In this document: positions 34,095-46,277 of the stretch, piece after piece
Layout: every line of letters starts with the position of its first letter
Numbering within the stretch: the first letter of the stretch is position 1
DNA from: Chrysemys picta bellii
Taxonomy: Eukaryota
Direction of reading: 5' to 3'
Length of the DNA stretch: 64,000 bases
Assembly (NCBI RefSeq): GCF_011386835.1
Contig: NC_088815.1
Location: 14,074,001 to 14,138,000, forward strand
Position numbers and translations under genes: made by a program
Notes under the pieces: model-generated
The model's database searches: none
Told to the model about the DNA's origin: nothing
The model's input: the letters and a program-made list of their open reading frames with translations, nothing else

Positions 34095-37000
34095 GAGCGA
34101 GAAAATAAAGCAAGAAGTGCTTGCCAGCACCCACACAAAATACCAGAATGGGGGGCACCTGCGCCTGGTAGCTCGGGAGCTCAGCCGCCGCTGGAGGGAG
34201 TCGATTTCGGCCCTGTAGTCCCGCCTGCGGTGGGAAAGCACAGGTAGGTCAGGACGTTCCAGACAAACCCATTGGCTACACCGTGCCCCTTCCCAAAAAG
34301 CCAGCAGCCCCAGTGTCCCCCCCCCCCCTCTCCCCCCAAGTGATGGGGCGGCTCCAGGCCCCTGCAGCAGGAATGGGGAGGCCAGGCTGCAGGAGGAACT
34401 TCAGTATTGCCAAGGGGTCGCTTGGATAGGAGTGCTGGGGGGGGGGACAATTCCCGAGGCTGTGATTGGCTGAGAGCCAGGGGTTAATGGCCCCGGTGGA
34501 GGGCTGGGAGCAAGAGGGACGGGGCTGGGTTGGAGTCAGGTGACGATGGCTGCGGATTTGATTGGCTGGCGGGCTGGGCTTAACGCCCCAGGAGGATATG
34601 AAGGGATCGGAATCGGGGTCAATGGACAGTGACGATACGATTGGCTAGGAGGTAGGGGGTTAATGCTTGGCCAGGATATGATTGGCTGGGAGCCAGGTGT
34701 TAATGCTCCCTGATGCTACGATTGGCTGGGAGCTAATCCCTCCCCAGGATATGATTGGCTGGGAGCCGGGGGGCGAGGCCGTTGTCCAGTTCCTTACATG
34801 CTGCGCTGCAGCTCGCTCTGCCGGGCCTCGCACTGCTCCCTCCGCGCCTCCGACGCTCGGTGCAGCTGCAGCGCCTCCTCCAGCCGCAGCTCCTGCTCCG
34901 CGGCTTTCCCCTGCCACTGGGTCAGCTCCGCTGCGGGCGGAAGGCAGAGAGCGGGACTCTCACCCACCGCCGGGCAGGGGATACCCACCCCCTTTGTGCA
35001 CCTTCTCCCTTAGCGCCTGACCTGCAAGCCCAGGAACAGCCACGCTGGCCGCCGCAGGACCCCCGGGGAGGATTCCCGGGTGCCGGTCAGCCGGGGCTAG
35101 CGGGATCGTGTGCTAACCCGGCATGCTCCAGTGGGGGTGGGGTTCGACTGTATGGAAAGGGCCCAGCCCAACCGTGGCTGCTCAGGGAAGGCTAGTAGGG
35201 CGAATAGTGGACTGAGGCCAGTTCCCATGAGGCTGCCCTGTGGGGACCTGCCAGGATTTCCCGGCGTAGCCGGACCCATGCAGGGCGGCACCTGGCAATC
35301 AGGGCCGGCTTTAGGAAGTGCGGGGCCCGATTCGAACAGTTTCAACGGGGCCCTGACAGGGATGACTAAAAAAAAAAAAAAAACCACGTTAAAAAAAACA
35401 CGTGGGGCTTGTACTCACCGGGCCGCGCTCCTAGTCTTTGGCGGCGGGTCCTTCACTCGCTCCAGGTCTTCGGCGGCACTGAAGGACCCGCCGCCAAAGT
35501 GCCGCCAAAAACCCGGAGCGAGTGAAGGACCCGCTGCCAAAGACCTGGAGCGCCGACGGGTGAGTAAAAATTAAAAAGGTGCCTCTAGCCAGGGAAGGGA
35601 TTCTCTGCCACTTGCCCCCCACTCTGGGTGACCCTGCCACTGGGCGCGGGGCCCTCTTAAGCGCGGGGCCCGATTCGGGGGAATTGGTGGAATTGGCCTA
35701 AAGCCGGCCCTGCTGGCAATGGTACAAGAGCATCCCAAGGTGGGATGGGCCCGACCCCGTAGGGCAGACCCTCACCATGCTCAGCAGCGGAGCCTGGCGG
35801 GGGGGGGATTCTCCCGCCCCCTACCACACCTCCCTCGCTCCGCATGCCCCTGCCTCCCCCCACCTTGCAAGGCAATGTTTCTGGTGTCCATCTCGGTGCC
35901 CTCCAGCTGAATGGCCGTGAGCGCGTTCCGCAGGGCTGTCACGTTGGCGGAGAGCGTGCTCTGTGGGGCGATACGGGTAGAAGGGAAAGGAGCAGGCACA
36001 GGGCTTAGAAACGGCTGATTGGGGTGGGGGTTGTGGAGAGAGGGAGATGGAGGGATAGATAGAGGGGCACGTGGAGGGATGGAGGGATAGATAGGGGGTA
36101 CATGGGTAGGGATGGAGGGGTAAGTGGAGGGATAGAGGGGTACAGGTAGGGATGGAGGCGTATGTGGAGGGATAGAGGGATAGATAGAGGGGTACAGGTA
36201 GGAGTGTCAGGGGATGGGTGGCTGGCTAGATAAATTAGATCGATAATGGCTGGAGGCTAAGTCTTCATTCCCCCCATCTCTTTATTTAACTCGAGCCTCC
36301 TCTTCCCCCCCCCCCCACATGATTATGAGCGAGAACCTTCCCCACGGCATCTCCCGCCAGCCAGCACTGCCGCCACGTTTCTCGCACCTCCCCGCGCCGC
36401 CACCTCCATTGGCATATGGCCATTGCGCTCCCAAAGCAGGGGGACACGCTAGGTTCCCCAGTTCGAGGCTGCTTGGAAATCCAGGCCTCGGGGGGCAGCG
36501 TGCGCTCTGAACGTGGCACGACCCAGCTCTCATCCGGCTGCCGTCCCCTAAGGGGAATCTTTAACCAAGCTGTTCTCGGGGCCAGGTCCGCTGTGGTGCA
36601 GGGGGGACGTGCGACCCCATGGGGTCAGTAGAGCCGCGCTCCCCGGTGGCAAGGCAGGTTGCCCACCGATCTGTGATGATTTAAGGCAGAAGGATTTTTT
36701 ATAGCGGGTGTAACTGGGTGGCTTGCCCGTGGGCTGGAGAGTCTGGGGCTAAGCCAGCCCTGATAACAGGATAAGCCCCACCCGGGTGGGATCGGGGGCC
36801 CCCAGGCTAAAAAGAGCAGGAAATTGCAGTAAAGGGGGGAAGTTCAGGAGTTTGCAGCTATGTCTGTGGGTACTGCAGGGAGGGAGCAGGCAGGGGATAC
36901 AAGGAAACAGACAGAGAGGCCCTTAAGGGGGAGGGCTGGGCCCTCCTGACTCTGGGGTAAAACCTGTGAGAGTTCGTGTTTTCTTTACAAAGCCTGGGTT

Positions 37001-38711
37001 ATTTTGGGCCGGGGGAGAGAGGGACTGAACTCGGGGTGGGGCCTGGAGGGCCAGTGTGTCCCCAGTGGACCCACCTATTGTTCGAACAACGGTATTCACC
37101 CGAGTTCTGAAGGGGTGGGAAACATGCAGGGGGCTGTCGAGCACCCTGCCCCCCGTGAGGGCACATGGGGGGCGGCCTCGCCCTTCCAAGGGGTTAGAAG
37201 AAATGGAATCCACCCCAAGCATGCGCCGACCCCCGGCCCTTGGGTGTGTCCCCTGCGCCTCCAGCCGCTGGACAGGAAGTGGGGCTGGGAGAACAATGGG
37301 AAGCAGTGATTTTTCCAGACCCTTCATTGCCTAGAGCAGCCCATTGTTTAGCAGGAACTAGGAAGCGTCCAAAGCCAGCCCTTTGGACCGGTCCGGTCTG
37401 AGAGCAAGGAGAGGGGGGAGGGGCTGGTTGGCCCTTGGGACCGGCCCTTTCCCAGCTGGGAGCTGGAGCTAATAATAACCTGGGGAAAAGAACAGGCTGC
37501 GAGACACCTAATTATACGTGTGCCAAATGGCTCTGGTCTGTGTCTCAGCTAGGAATAGCTGCAGGGCTCCTGCTCCAGTCTCTGCCTAGCACCATCCCAG
37601 GGGCCCTCAGCTGCAGTTGTGGGCAGGGCCTGTCCTGAGCAGAGCCCCAGAGCAGCTGCTGGTCCCGCCCCACGGCTCAATCCTGTTCGCTCAGGAAACA
37701 GCCCTGCTGGGTGAAAGTCCCTCAGCAGCCCAGTTACCCCACAGCAGGGATGGAGGAAAGTCAGGGCGTTACGGGGATCTCAGCATATCCCTCCTGCTCC
37801 CATGCATTCCAGGTGGACCGGGGCAGAGCCCAAGGCAGCTTCCTGGGGACGGCGCTGGGTACGCATCCGTGCCAACGCTTTTCACTGGCCTTTTGAATGC
37901 CCCTGGGTCTTTTGCAGATACCAGGAGCTCTGGTCTCCTCGCTTGCTGGATGCCATCCCTCCTGGGGAGAGCAGTGCCCCTAAGGATGCCAGCGAATCCC
38001 TCAACCCCCCACCAGCCCAGCCCTAGGCCCTGCCCAGTTTGCAAGCTGAACATTGCTGCAGCCTGCTAGGGCCTGAGACCCACCTGCTGAGAAAGCCATT
38101 ATCATAGGGGGAGGCTGGGCCAGCTGGTTGGGTTACGAGTGAGATAATACCCAGACTGACCTCCAGGCCAGGGCATCTCTTACGGCCCCACTGCCACAGC
38201 TGGGCACTCAGACTGTCAGATGCCCCTGGGAGAATCTGTAAGGGGCCAGTTAGGGAGCCTTGAGTGCAGGGGACTGGACTCAATGACCTCTCGAGGTCCC
38301 TTCCAGTCCTAGAGTCTATGAATCTATAAATCCTGGGCTCCCTGGACCACCCCCCCCACCCCACCGTACTCTGGCTCCTACCTCACGCTCCTGGCAGGAC
38401 AGCAAGGTGGCTTTGAGCTTCCTGCCCTCATCCTTGGCCTGGCCAAGCTGCTTCTGAAGCTGCTGCTTCTTCTGGGCGTCCTCCTGCAGCCGCCCCGTGA
38501 GCTCGGCCACGTCCCGCTCCAGCTCGGCCACGCGGCCCCCCAGGGCTGAGGTCTCATTGGCTGCCTGCTCCCGGCAGCCCTGCAGCCTCCGTACTGCCTC
38601 CGAGTGCCACATCATCACCGCCACGGAGACCGTCACCGCGGCGACCAGGAAGAGCAGGACCACGCACAGCCCCAGCACCTTCAGGGTGGCTTTGGTCACT
38701 GAGGGGTCCAT
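34095..38711 (-). CDS. CCDC194: CCDC194 (TM-coiled-coil gene adjacent to tetherin); exons 38382-38711, 35864-35960, 34798-34930, 34095-34224; final exon/stop unresolved
   Basis: All junctions are GT-AG with consistent phases (0,1,2). Protein MDPSVTKATLKVLGLCVVLLFLVAAV...LLSCQERE|STLSANVTALRNALTAIQLEGTEMDTRNIALQ|AELTQWQGK...QCEARQSELQRS|MRDYRAE aligns by eye with human CCDC194 (LKACEGRQSRLQ...GTQMGAENGAL...EACAAREAALRE); lies between PLVAP and BST2 as in human. Confidence 0.88.
35300..35712. mobile_element. hAT-type MITE in CCDC194 intron 2
   Basis: TIRs cagggccggcttta / taaagccggccctg; perfect 8-bp TSD CTGGCAAT. Confidence 0.88.
36709..37200. mobile_element. Probable solo LTR (Gypsy-like) in CCDC194 intron 1; right end not resolved
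   Basis: Begins TGTAACTGGG with LTR-like composition; no TSD could be confirmed. Confidence 0.35.
38259..38327 (+). mobile_element. CR1 / tortoise-SINE shared 3' tail
   Basis: 'gcaggggactggactcaatgacctctcgaggtcccttccagtcct...ctatgaatctat' is the CR1-type terminus, similar to 63590-63632. Confidence 0.7.
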
Positions 38712-41337
38712 GGTGCCGGTGCCGCGACCTGCCGCTGCTACTGCCGTGTGCTGGGAGCCGGCAGCCAGCTCACTGCCTGTCTCACTTTAATTACTACGTG
38801 TGGGCTTCCTTGACCAAAAAAGCTCCTGCCTCTGGTTTCCGCAGGTCACGGCCCACGGACCATTATAGAATTGTCACATCCTGGAGAGGGCCTCGGACTG
38901 GGCCCTGGGTGGGCTCTGAGCTCCCCAAAGAGGGGGGATTGCAGTGGGATGTGCACGCCCCAGGCCAGCAGGGAGAGGAAGGGGTTAAAATCCCCGGGAT
39001 GAAGCGGGAGGGGAACCTGCCTTGAGCCTGGAGGGAACCCCTCAACTGGGGCTTGTTCAGGGGTGGGTCTAAAGGGGAGGGGGCTGGCTGCCCCTAGGCT
39101 GTGGGGAGCCAAGGGCTGATTCTCCATGGTCCCTCCCTTACAGAGAGCTGGGAGTGCAGGGGGATGCTACAACTGGAATAACGGGGGCAGCTCAGGGCTG
39201 GAATAGCAGGGGGCTGTGACTTGGGATTGGGGGGCACCGACAAAGCCAGGGGGTGCCCAGGGCTGGGATAGCGGAGGGGACCATGGGTCAGGATCGAAGG
39301 GCAGCAGCAGAGCTGGCTAGTGGACACGTGTACAGCCCCTAGCTCGAGCCAGCGTCTGATTCTTTGGTTTGAACCGTCGGGAGGAATTAAAAGCCGAGAC
39401 CCTAGGCTGAGCCAGTGGTGCCACGCAGGGCAGGAAGCGGCGTTCACTCTCCTGTGGGGTGACTGGCCGGTACAGTAGCTTGTGGCTGAGAACGCCCCCG
39501 TCTGGGGAGCGCCACCTGTTTTCATTCAGTAGTTTCTACAGCAATCACATGTGCTCCTGAGAGCAGGAGGGGAGGGAGAGTCCAGCCTTAGTTGCAGACC
39601 AAACCCAGGGTTGGGATCCGGCCTGTTGGCCTCTGCCCTGGAAGGAGGCAGAATCAAGAGAGACTTTTCCTTCACGGGCGAGTCGGCTGGTGCCTCAGGA
39701 AGAGATAATTATAGCAGGGGCGAGGCCAGCTGGTTGGTGAAACGTCCTCACCACTGCAGATGCTAGCTCGGCGCCCTGGTCCAGCCATTCCTGTATCCTG
39801 CCTCTGACACTGGCCCAGGCCTGGTGCTTTAGAGGAAGCCCTTTCCTTAATGCACCATGCTGACAGGGGGAAGGATCCTTGGGGTGGTGCATCTTTCCTC
39901 CCTCCCGGCCTTTCAGAGTGAGGGGCGCTGCAGACAGTGGCAGATAATGGTTTATCTCACTTGCATGCCAAGCAGGCAGAGAGCAGCGTCGCTCAGAGAT
40001 CTGTGGGGCATCCTAGGGCGCAGAACAAGACCCAGACGGAGGCTGCGGCTGCAGAGGGCTGGTATTTTCCATCCCTACCACCCTGTAGCTCCGACACTCT
40101 GTTCCCTGTGCTCCCAGCAGGCCCCGTGATGGCAAACCCAGACCACTCAAAACTGACCCCTGCGCAGAATGGGAGTGGGACGCATGGTGAATAGCAAAGC
40201 CTATTTATTCTGCCAACGTTCTCCCGGCCGAGGGCTGGGTTGTTAGTCACTTTAATCCCCCCCCCCCTTTCCCTAAGCGTGAGAGCAGGTGATGCTGTCG
40301 CTGGGTCCCAGACTGGGTGTGACTCATGTGGGGGCCAGGGGCACCCCAAAACCGGGCACCCCAAATCAGTGGCCACCTCTGAAAAAAATGTCGGCGGTCC
40401 ATTGGTGTTTCCTACCCAAGTAGGATGTCACAGGCCCAACTTGGTGCAACTGTCATCTGGGGCTTTGGGTGACGTGTCTAAACTGTAGTGCAGGGTCATC
40501 TCCATCCATGGACTTGTCGCTGCGTCCCCCTCGTCCGTCACAGCCCCCCCCTCAGTAAACAGTCCTCTGGCAGGAGATGAGGCTTCCTCCACGAGGAGCA
40601 TGTGCCGGCCACAGGGTCCAGTGCTGCTTATTCCCTGGGAGAGTCCCGGTCTCTCAGCTGGGGGACTCAGTCCTGAAACAGACCAATCAAATAAAGGGTT
40701 GTCAGGCTGGGATCATGTGGCCAGTGAATCCCTGGGGCTCTGGCTATGCCGTCTGGCCCAGATCTACAAAAGTATTTAGGCTCCTGATTCTCACTGATTT
40801 CAGTGCCTGAATCCTGGGGTGGCTCTGGGCCTTTGTTCCCACACGGCCTAATTCTCTTCAGAGCAGTGTGACCGCACCAGCATAAACCAAAGTGTGCTGG
40901 CTGGGATCTGGCTGCAGTGGAGTTGGGCCCGTTTACACCAGCTGGGGATCTGGCCCCACCGACTCCAGTGGAGGGCTACCAGCGTGAATGGAGAATCAAC
41001 CTCCCCCGACTCCCAATTAAGCTGAGAACCGGGGCCTGTCTGGGTAAAGACAGCGACTCCTGGGCCCCGGGGTATCACTGCCCTCTGGGTTCCCCCCACC
41101 CCAGAAGAGGCCAGAACCAGCCCCAGCAGCTCTGTCAGGGCAGGAGGTGCGGGGGCACAGCTGCAGAGAGGACTGAATGAAGGGCCAGAAGAGGCTGGCC
41201 AGCCCATGGGAGCGTCTCCATGGCCCTGGAGTACTGGAATTAGGGCCCCTGAGGGGCAGGGCAAGCCCTTGGCTAATCATGCCCTCACCCACTCCTTAAA
41301 TACCTGGGTGCTGACTCTGCTCCCTGCCTGGCTCCGT

Positions 41338-43784
41338 TCAGACAAGCAGTGCAGCGAGGGGGGCTGCCAGCAGAGGCAGGAGGGGGGGGAGCCTGGCACT
41401 GCCCACACTGGAGCGAAGTTCCTGGTGTCTTTGGAGCTGCTGCTGTAGCCAGCTGACCTCCCTGTGGTACTGATCCCTGCGGGAGGAGGAGGGGAAATGC
41501 AGAAGAGTGTAAAATAGCCCTTCCATGGGCCTCGTACCCTGCCAGTGCATCTCCCCTGCCTTGGGGATTTGGGTCATGGGGGGCAATCACTCATCCACTC
41601 CAGGAGCCCCCAGGGAAGAGTGACTCACCCTGACCTTTTGCATCCGTTACACCATGTTTCCATGCTGGCCCCCTGGAAATGTTGGCTGGTTCATTCATTT
41701 CAAGACCCTCCCTCTCCACAGCGTGCTGCCCAGGGAAGGGCAATGGGGTGAGCACAACCCTGGGAGCCAGAGACTGCAGGCGTTTCACCCTGAGGCCTGG
41801 TCCCAGGGGAAGGGCCCCCGGGGGAGAACTGAAGTGCAGGGATTGCCCAAGGGGGCAGGTGGGCCTTACTTTTGCTCCTGGAGATGCTGGACCTTGTTTT
41901 TCCAGGTGCTAATTTCATCTGGAAAACAGGAGTGGGAGGGAAGCTGGGATCAGAACCGCCACAATGCTAGTCACCCCCTCCCCATGGTCAGGGCCAGAAT
42001 TAACCCTCTCCTCTCCCCACCCCTGCCAACGCAAACACCAGACGGTGCTGTGCAGGGCTGAGGGGCTGCTCTGACCCCTAGCGTGTGCCCATCGTGCCCA
42101 GTCCATTGGCCAGACTTCTGCACTGGGGACGCCTGGGCACCTTGAGCCGCTCCCCATGCTGTGCTGATGACCGCCCGCCGCCCACTTTGTTCTGTTGGAC
42201 AGACTGGCCGCCACTCGCTTACCCTTTACCTGAATCTGCAGCATCAGTCACCTGACCCTGCTGCCTGTATCACACCGCATCCTCCTCTCCCCTCCCATCA
42301 GCCGCCCACTCCCCCCTTTATCATTCCCTGTTCCCAGGAGCTCTCCCACTGCCTGTGAAGCCCATCCGGTCTCTAGAGCAGACCCCTGGCCCAAGCAGTT
42401 TACCCTGGATGAGTCCTCCCATGAGGTCACCGGGCAGGAGAGGGTTGCGGTGAGGGACAGAACCAGGGGACTGTTTTTGCAGGGCTGCCCTGGAGGTGCC
42501 GGAGCTCAGACCTGTCCGGGTCGTGACTGGCACACAGCAGTGGCAAGGGAACCAGTGTGCAATCCTTGGAGATGCTGGCACTGGGCGACATCCCAGGGAG
42601 GTCTCTGCCTGCCTTATCCCCCCAGTGAGGCACCCCCTCCCTCAGGAAGCACTTGCCATGACCTCCCAGGCACCTGCAGAACTAGGAGCAAGCAGCGGTC
42701 TCACCTTGTAACCTGCCTTTTTCCACCTCTTGCTGGGCAATGTCGCTATTTAACCGGGTGACCTCCTGGGTCAGGTTGATGACATTCTTCTGCAGGACAT
42801 GCTGAAGGAGGAGAGAGAGAAGAAACACCTTAGATTTTCAGAGAGCCCTGCATCCTCAAAGCACTTTCCAAACTGCCTGGGACTCACTCAGCCCATCACT
42901 GAGAGGCAGCCACCTCTGGGGTGGGGCATGACATCTGTTTATCAGCAGACACCAAACAATTTAGGACAGGAAGGGACGAAGGCACCTGTATCCAACTGGA
43001 ACAGCAGACAGGCAGGACGTAGTCACCCCGGATAGGTGTTGGTCAGGATCACGGAGCGAAGAGCAAGGCTCTTCTCCATTTGCTCAATAGATACCCAGGA
43101 TTGACACAGAGGTGGGGCTGCGGGCCAGGACTGAGGGTGTCAGGGAGCTGGTGTCAGGGAGCCTCAGGCTGGACTCGTAGGGGGCCGTGCACTGGGATGG
43201 GGCGTTGTCGGCAGAACTGTGTGGCTGGGCACTGCACTGCCAAACAATTCCACCTCCTGGCTGGATTCCAGCCTGGTCTCTCTCCTGGGAGCAGAAGAGC
43301 TGGGGGTGGGGAGGGAAGGCCGTGCTAACCTTAGCACAGCAGTATCCCATCCCATCTGCCGCCTGCTGCTGTTTGCCCCTGGCCTGGCCTTTGGCTAGAG
43401 CTGGCGTCCCCTGGCACCGGTTAGGAAGGGGAGGAGGGAATTCCAGCGGTGAGTACAAGGGCTGCCTGGGAAGCGGGGGGCTCAAATCCAGCTCCCAGGA
43501 GTGTGTGTTGGCAAGTGGGCGCCACGGTGCCATCGGCTGGAGGCAGCTGCCCCACGTACCGTGTGGTTCCTGCACACGTCAGAGCTCTCCTGCATCTCCT
43601 GCAGGGTCCAGTTGGCACGGGCCAGCTCCTCCCGCAGGCCCAGCACGTCGCTGTGCAGCCACTGCTCCGTGGCCACAAAGTGGCCCAGCCCGGCTGCCAG
43701 GATGAGGACGATGGCGAGTTCCACAATGGCCACGGCGAGCCAGACCTTCCTGCTGCCCCAGGCGAGACCCCCGGGGTCGCCCAT
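41338..43784 (-). CDS. BST2: Tetherin/BST2-like gene 1 (169 aa); exons 43560-43784, 42705-42801, 41870-41918, 41338-41476
   Basis: GT-AG junctions with phases 0,1,2. TM VWLAVAIVELAIVLILAAGLGHFV; exon 1 ends CRNHT (human CNHT, Cys91/Asn92); exon 3 DEISTWKNKVQ resembles human GEITTLNHKLQ; GPI-type tail SSVGSARLPPLLPLLAAPLAALLV*; AATAAA at 40209-40204. Confidence 0.88.
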
Positions 43785-44382
43785 CGGGGTCAGAGGGCCC
43801 AGCCGGAGCCAGGCGGGCGGCCACACGCTGCAAAGGAATGGGGCAGTTTGGCCCTGTTAGTGTTTCTAACACCCTCCTCATTAGCATACCCCTTGCCTTA
43901 ATAGCACGGCCCAGATGAGCAGATCACCCGCCAGCATAGTCCATAAATCTGCATGCAATTCATTACCACCAGTAATTAACATATTTAACACGGTGATTAG
44001 CAAACCCCTCATTAACATATTCATCGTTGTCTTGCTTGCTCGTCAGTGCATATCGTAGATTAGCATATCCATCGTTAATTAGCATATCGCACATTAGCAT
44101 ATCCCTCATTAACACCTCACGCCAGCTGTGCCCGAGCCCGCCCCGGGACGCGCGGGGCTGGGGGCGAACTGGGGCAGTGCCGGGGCCGCAGAGCCGCGGG
44201 GATAGAGGCCGGACGCTGCGTCCCGGTCCCGGGCAGCCCAGGCGGCCGCCTGCGCGGGGTCGGGGAGCGCCCCCCCGGGTGCAGCGGGGCTGCATTAACC
44301 CCTGCCGGTCCCGCAGCCCCGCTGGGCGCGGGGGTCCCAGCACCCGGGTCTCACCTCGGCCCGACGGGACGCGCCAGGCCCC

Positions 44383-44392
44383 GGGAAATCCC
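44383..44392 (-). promoter_or_regulatory. NF-kB site at the promoter/5' exon of BST2-like gene 1
   Basis: GGGATTTCCC, an exact GGGRNWYYCC match, 40 bp from the ISRE; a non-coding exon ends at a GTGAGA donor (44354) and can splice to the acceptor before 43827. Confidence 0.6.
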
Positions 44393-44428
44393 AGCTGGTC
44401 GCTTTCGGGTCCGCCCCGCCCGGGCTTT

Positions 44429-44441
44429 GGTTTCGTTTCTC
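44429..44441 (+). promoter_or_regulatory. ISRE upstream of BST2-like gene 1
   Basis: GGTTTCGTTTCTC (GAAACGAAACC on the gene strand) next to a GC box in CpG-rich DNA; conserved with flanking 'tgcagaagctgc' at 59164-59189. Confidence 0.72.
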
Positions 44442-46277
44442 TGCAGAAGCTGCCGCGGGGAGGGGAGGGAGGCGGGACTGGGCCGGTCCGGCGGCGAAGG
44501 GCAGGCGGCGAGGTGGGGCCAGAGGGGGCGCTGCGGAGTTCATGGGGACCCCAAAACCCTGGGGACAGGGGGCCGGGCAGCTGGCTTCGGGCTTAGCCCC
44601 CCCATTGCCACCCAGCGGGGCTGTGGCATGGGGCTCCCTGCTCCCAGGAGCAGCAGCAAAGCCCCATCCCCAGAGGAGCAGCTGGGGTCCCCTCTCTGCA
44701 GCGCTGGCAGTGGGTCCCCCCAGTATTCACCTTGGGGGCATCTGTGGGGGGCAGGGGGTCACTGCACATTTCTCCGGCTAGGCACGTAATCCAGTGCTGA
44801 ACAGTGCCGGATCCCTCTGTGGCTGGGGGTTAGCACCCCGTTGGCATACGAGAGGCCCTCTCAGAGCATTGGGCTCAGGCTGGCTGCAGACTCAGGCAGC
44901 AGCACTACAGGGGTTACACTCGGGTCACGTTTTTAAGGTTTTCTTGGCCAGCAGAAGGGCTCAAAACTGACCTTTTAAATTGATTGATTTTCAATGAAAG
45001 CCTCGGGTCTGATGCCATTACCTGGCTCCCGGAGCGGGGCCCTAGGCTTGGGCCTACAGCGCTTTCCCCTAAGAGCGCCCTGTGCAGAGCCCGTCACCCC
45101 AGCCCAGGAGCAGGGAGAGGGGCTTGCTGCCCCATGCTCCAAACTAGCAGCACAGTTAGGAGCTGCCTCTTCCCTGCTCTCAGGTCAGGCGTGCGACAGC
45201 CACGAATACGGCTCGGGGGTGCTCGCTCTGAGCCCCGGGTCTCTGATCGGGCAGGGCGTGGGAGGACAAATGACACCACAAACCTTTGGGGTTGGCAACA
45301 TTTTATTAGAAAAATAGAAACCCTCAAGGGAGCAGCAAATACCCCCACTGGGGCTTGACCCCGCTCAGGGCAGCCGTCGTCTGGGGCAATCTCCAGCCAA
45401 GAAACGCCAGGGGCGCTGGATGAATTGGCTCCATCCTCCCTGCCCTCTTCACCCGCTGGATCTTCTTCACCATTTCCCCATCGTCTTCCAGTGCCGGGCA
45501 GGAGCCAACGAGATCCTTCCGCCAGGGCTGGGCTGGGCAGGAACCCGCCCCCCTGCACGACCCGGGGGAAATGCCAAGCAAGCTAGTGGCTTAGAAGAGT
45601 TCTCGTGAGCATTCTGGGGATGGGGGCGAGCTGGCCGCGCTATGCAGTGTGACCTGGTCTCATGGGGATTCTCCACTCTCCCGCTGCCTGGTCAGCCCTG
45701 AAACACAAATCCCGAGGGACACAGAGAGAGTCCTGCGTCCCCCGCCACCGAACACTGCGCTGAGCTACCTAATAGCAGAGGGAGAGAGAAGGGGGGGATG
45801 GGGAGTGAGGGGCAGGGGACTGCAGAGAGAGGGTGGCTTTGTGTTTATAGCACGGGGCCGGTACTCTGCAGATCTAGGGTCAAGTCCGGGCTCTGCCCTG
45901 TGCTCCTGGGGTGACTCACTCATCTCCTTGGGCCTCAGCCCCCGCGTCTGTAAAAGCGGGGTAAGGATCCTGCCTTTGCCTGGCTTGGCTACTCACAGTG
46001 TGAGCCGGGCAGGGCTGGTACAGCTGGGCCCTGTAAGTGCTGCCGAGCTAGGGGAGGGGCTTGGCATGGGATGGAGAGGTACAGGGAGGCCGTGCTGCAG
46101 GGCAGGAGGACGCTCTCATGCCCGGGGAGGCAGTGGCTGAAGACAGGCGCTGTCTCGGGTGGAGGTGACAGAAAGGGGCCCTGCAGCCTAAGCGCATGGG
46201 GGTGAGAGAGCAGCAGGACCGGGAATTGAACCCAGTCCACCTCCAGGCTCCTCAGTACCTGTGCGAACCGGCTTCTC

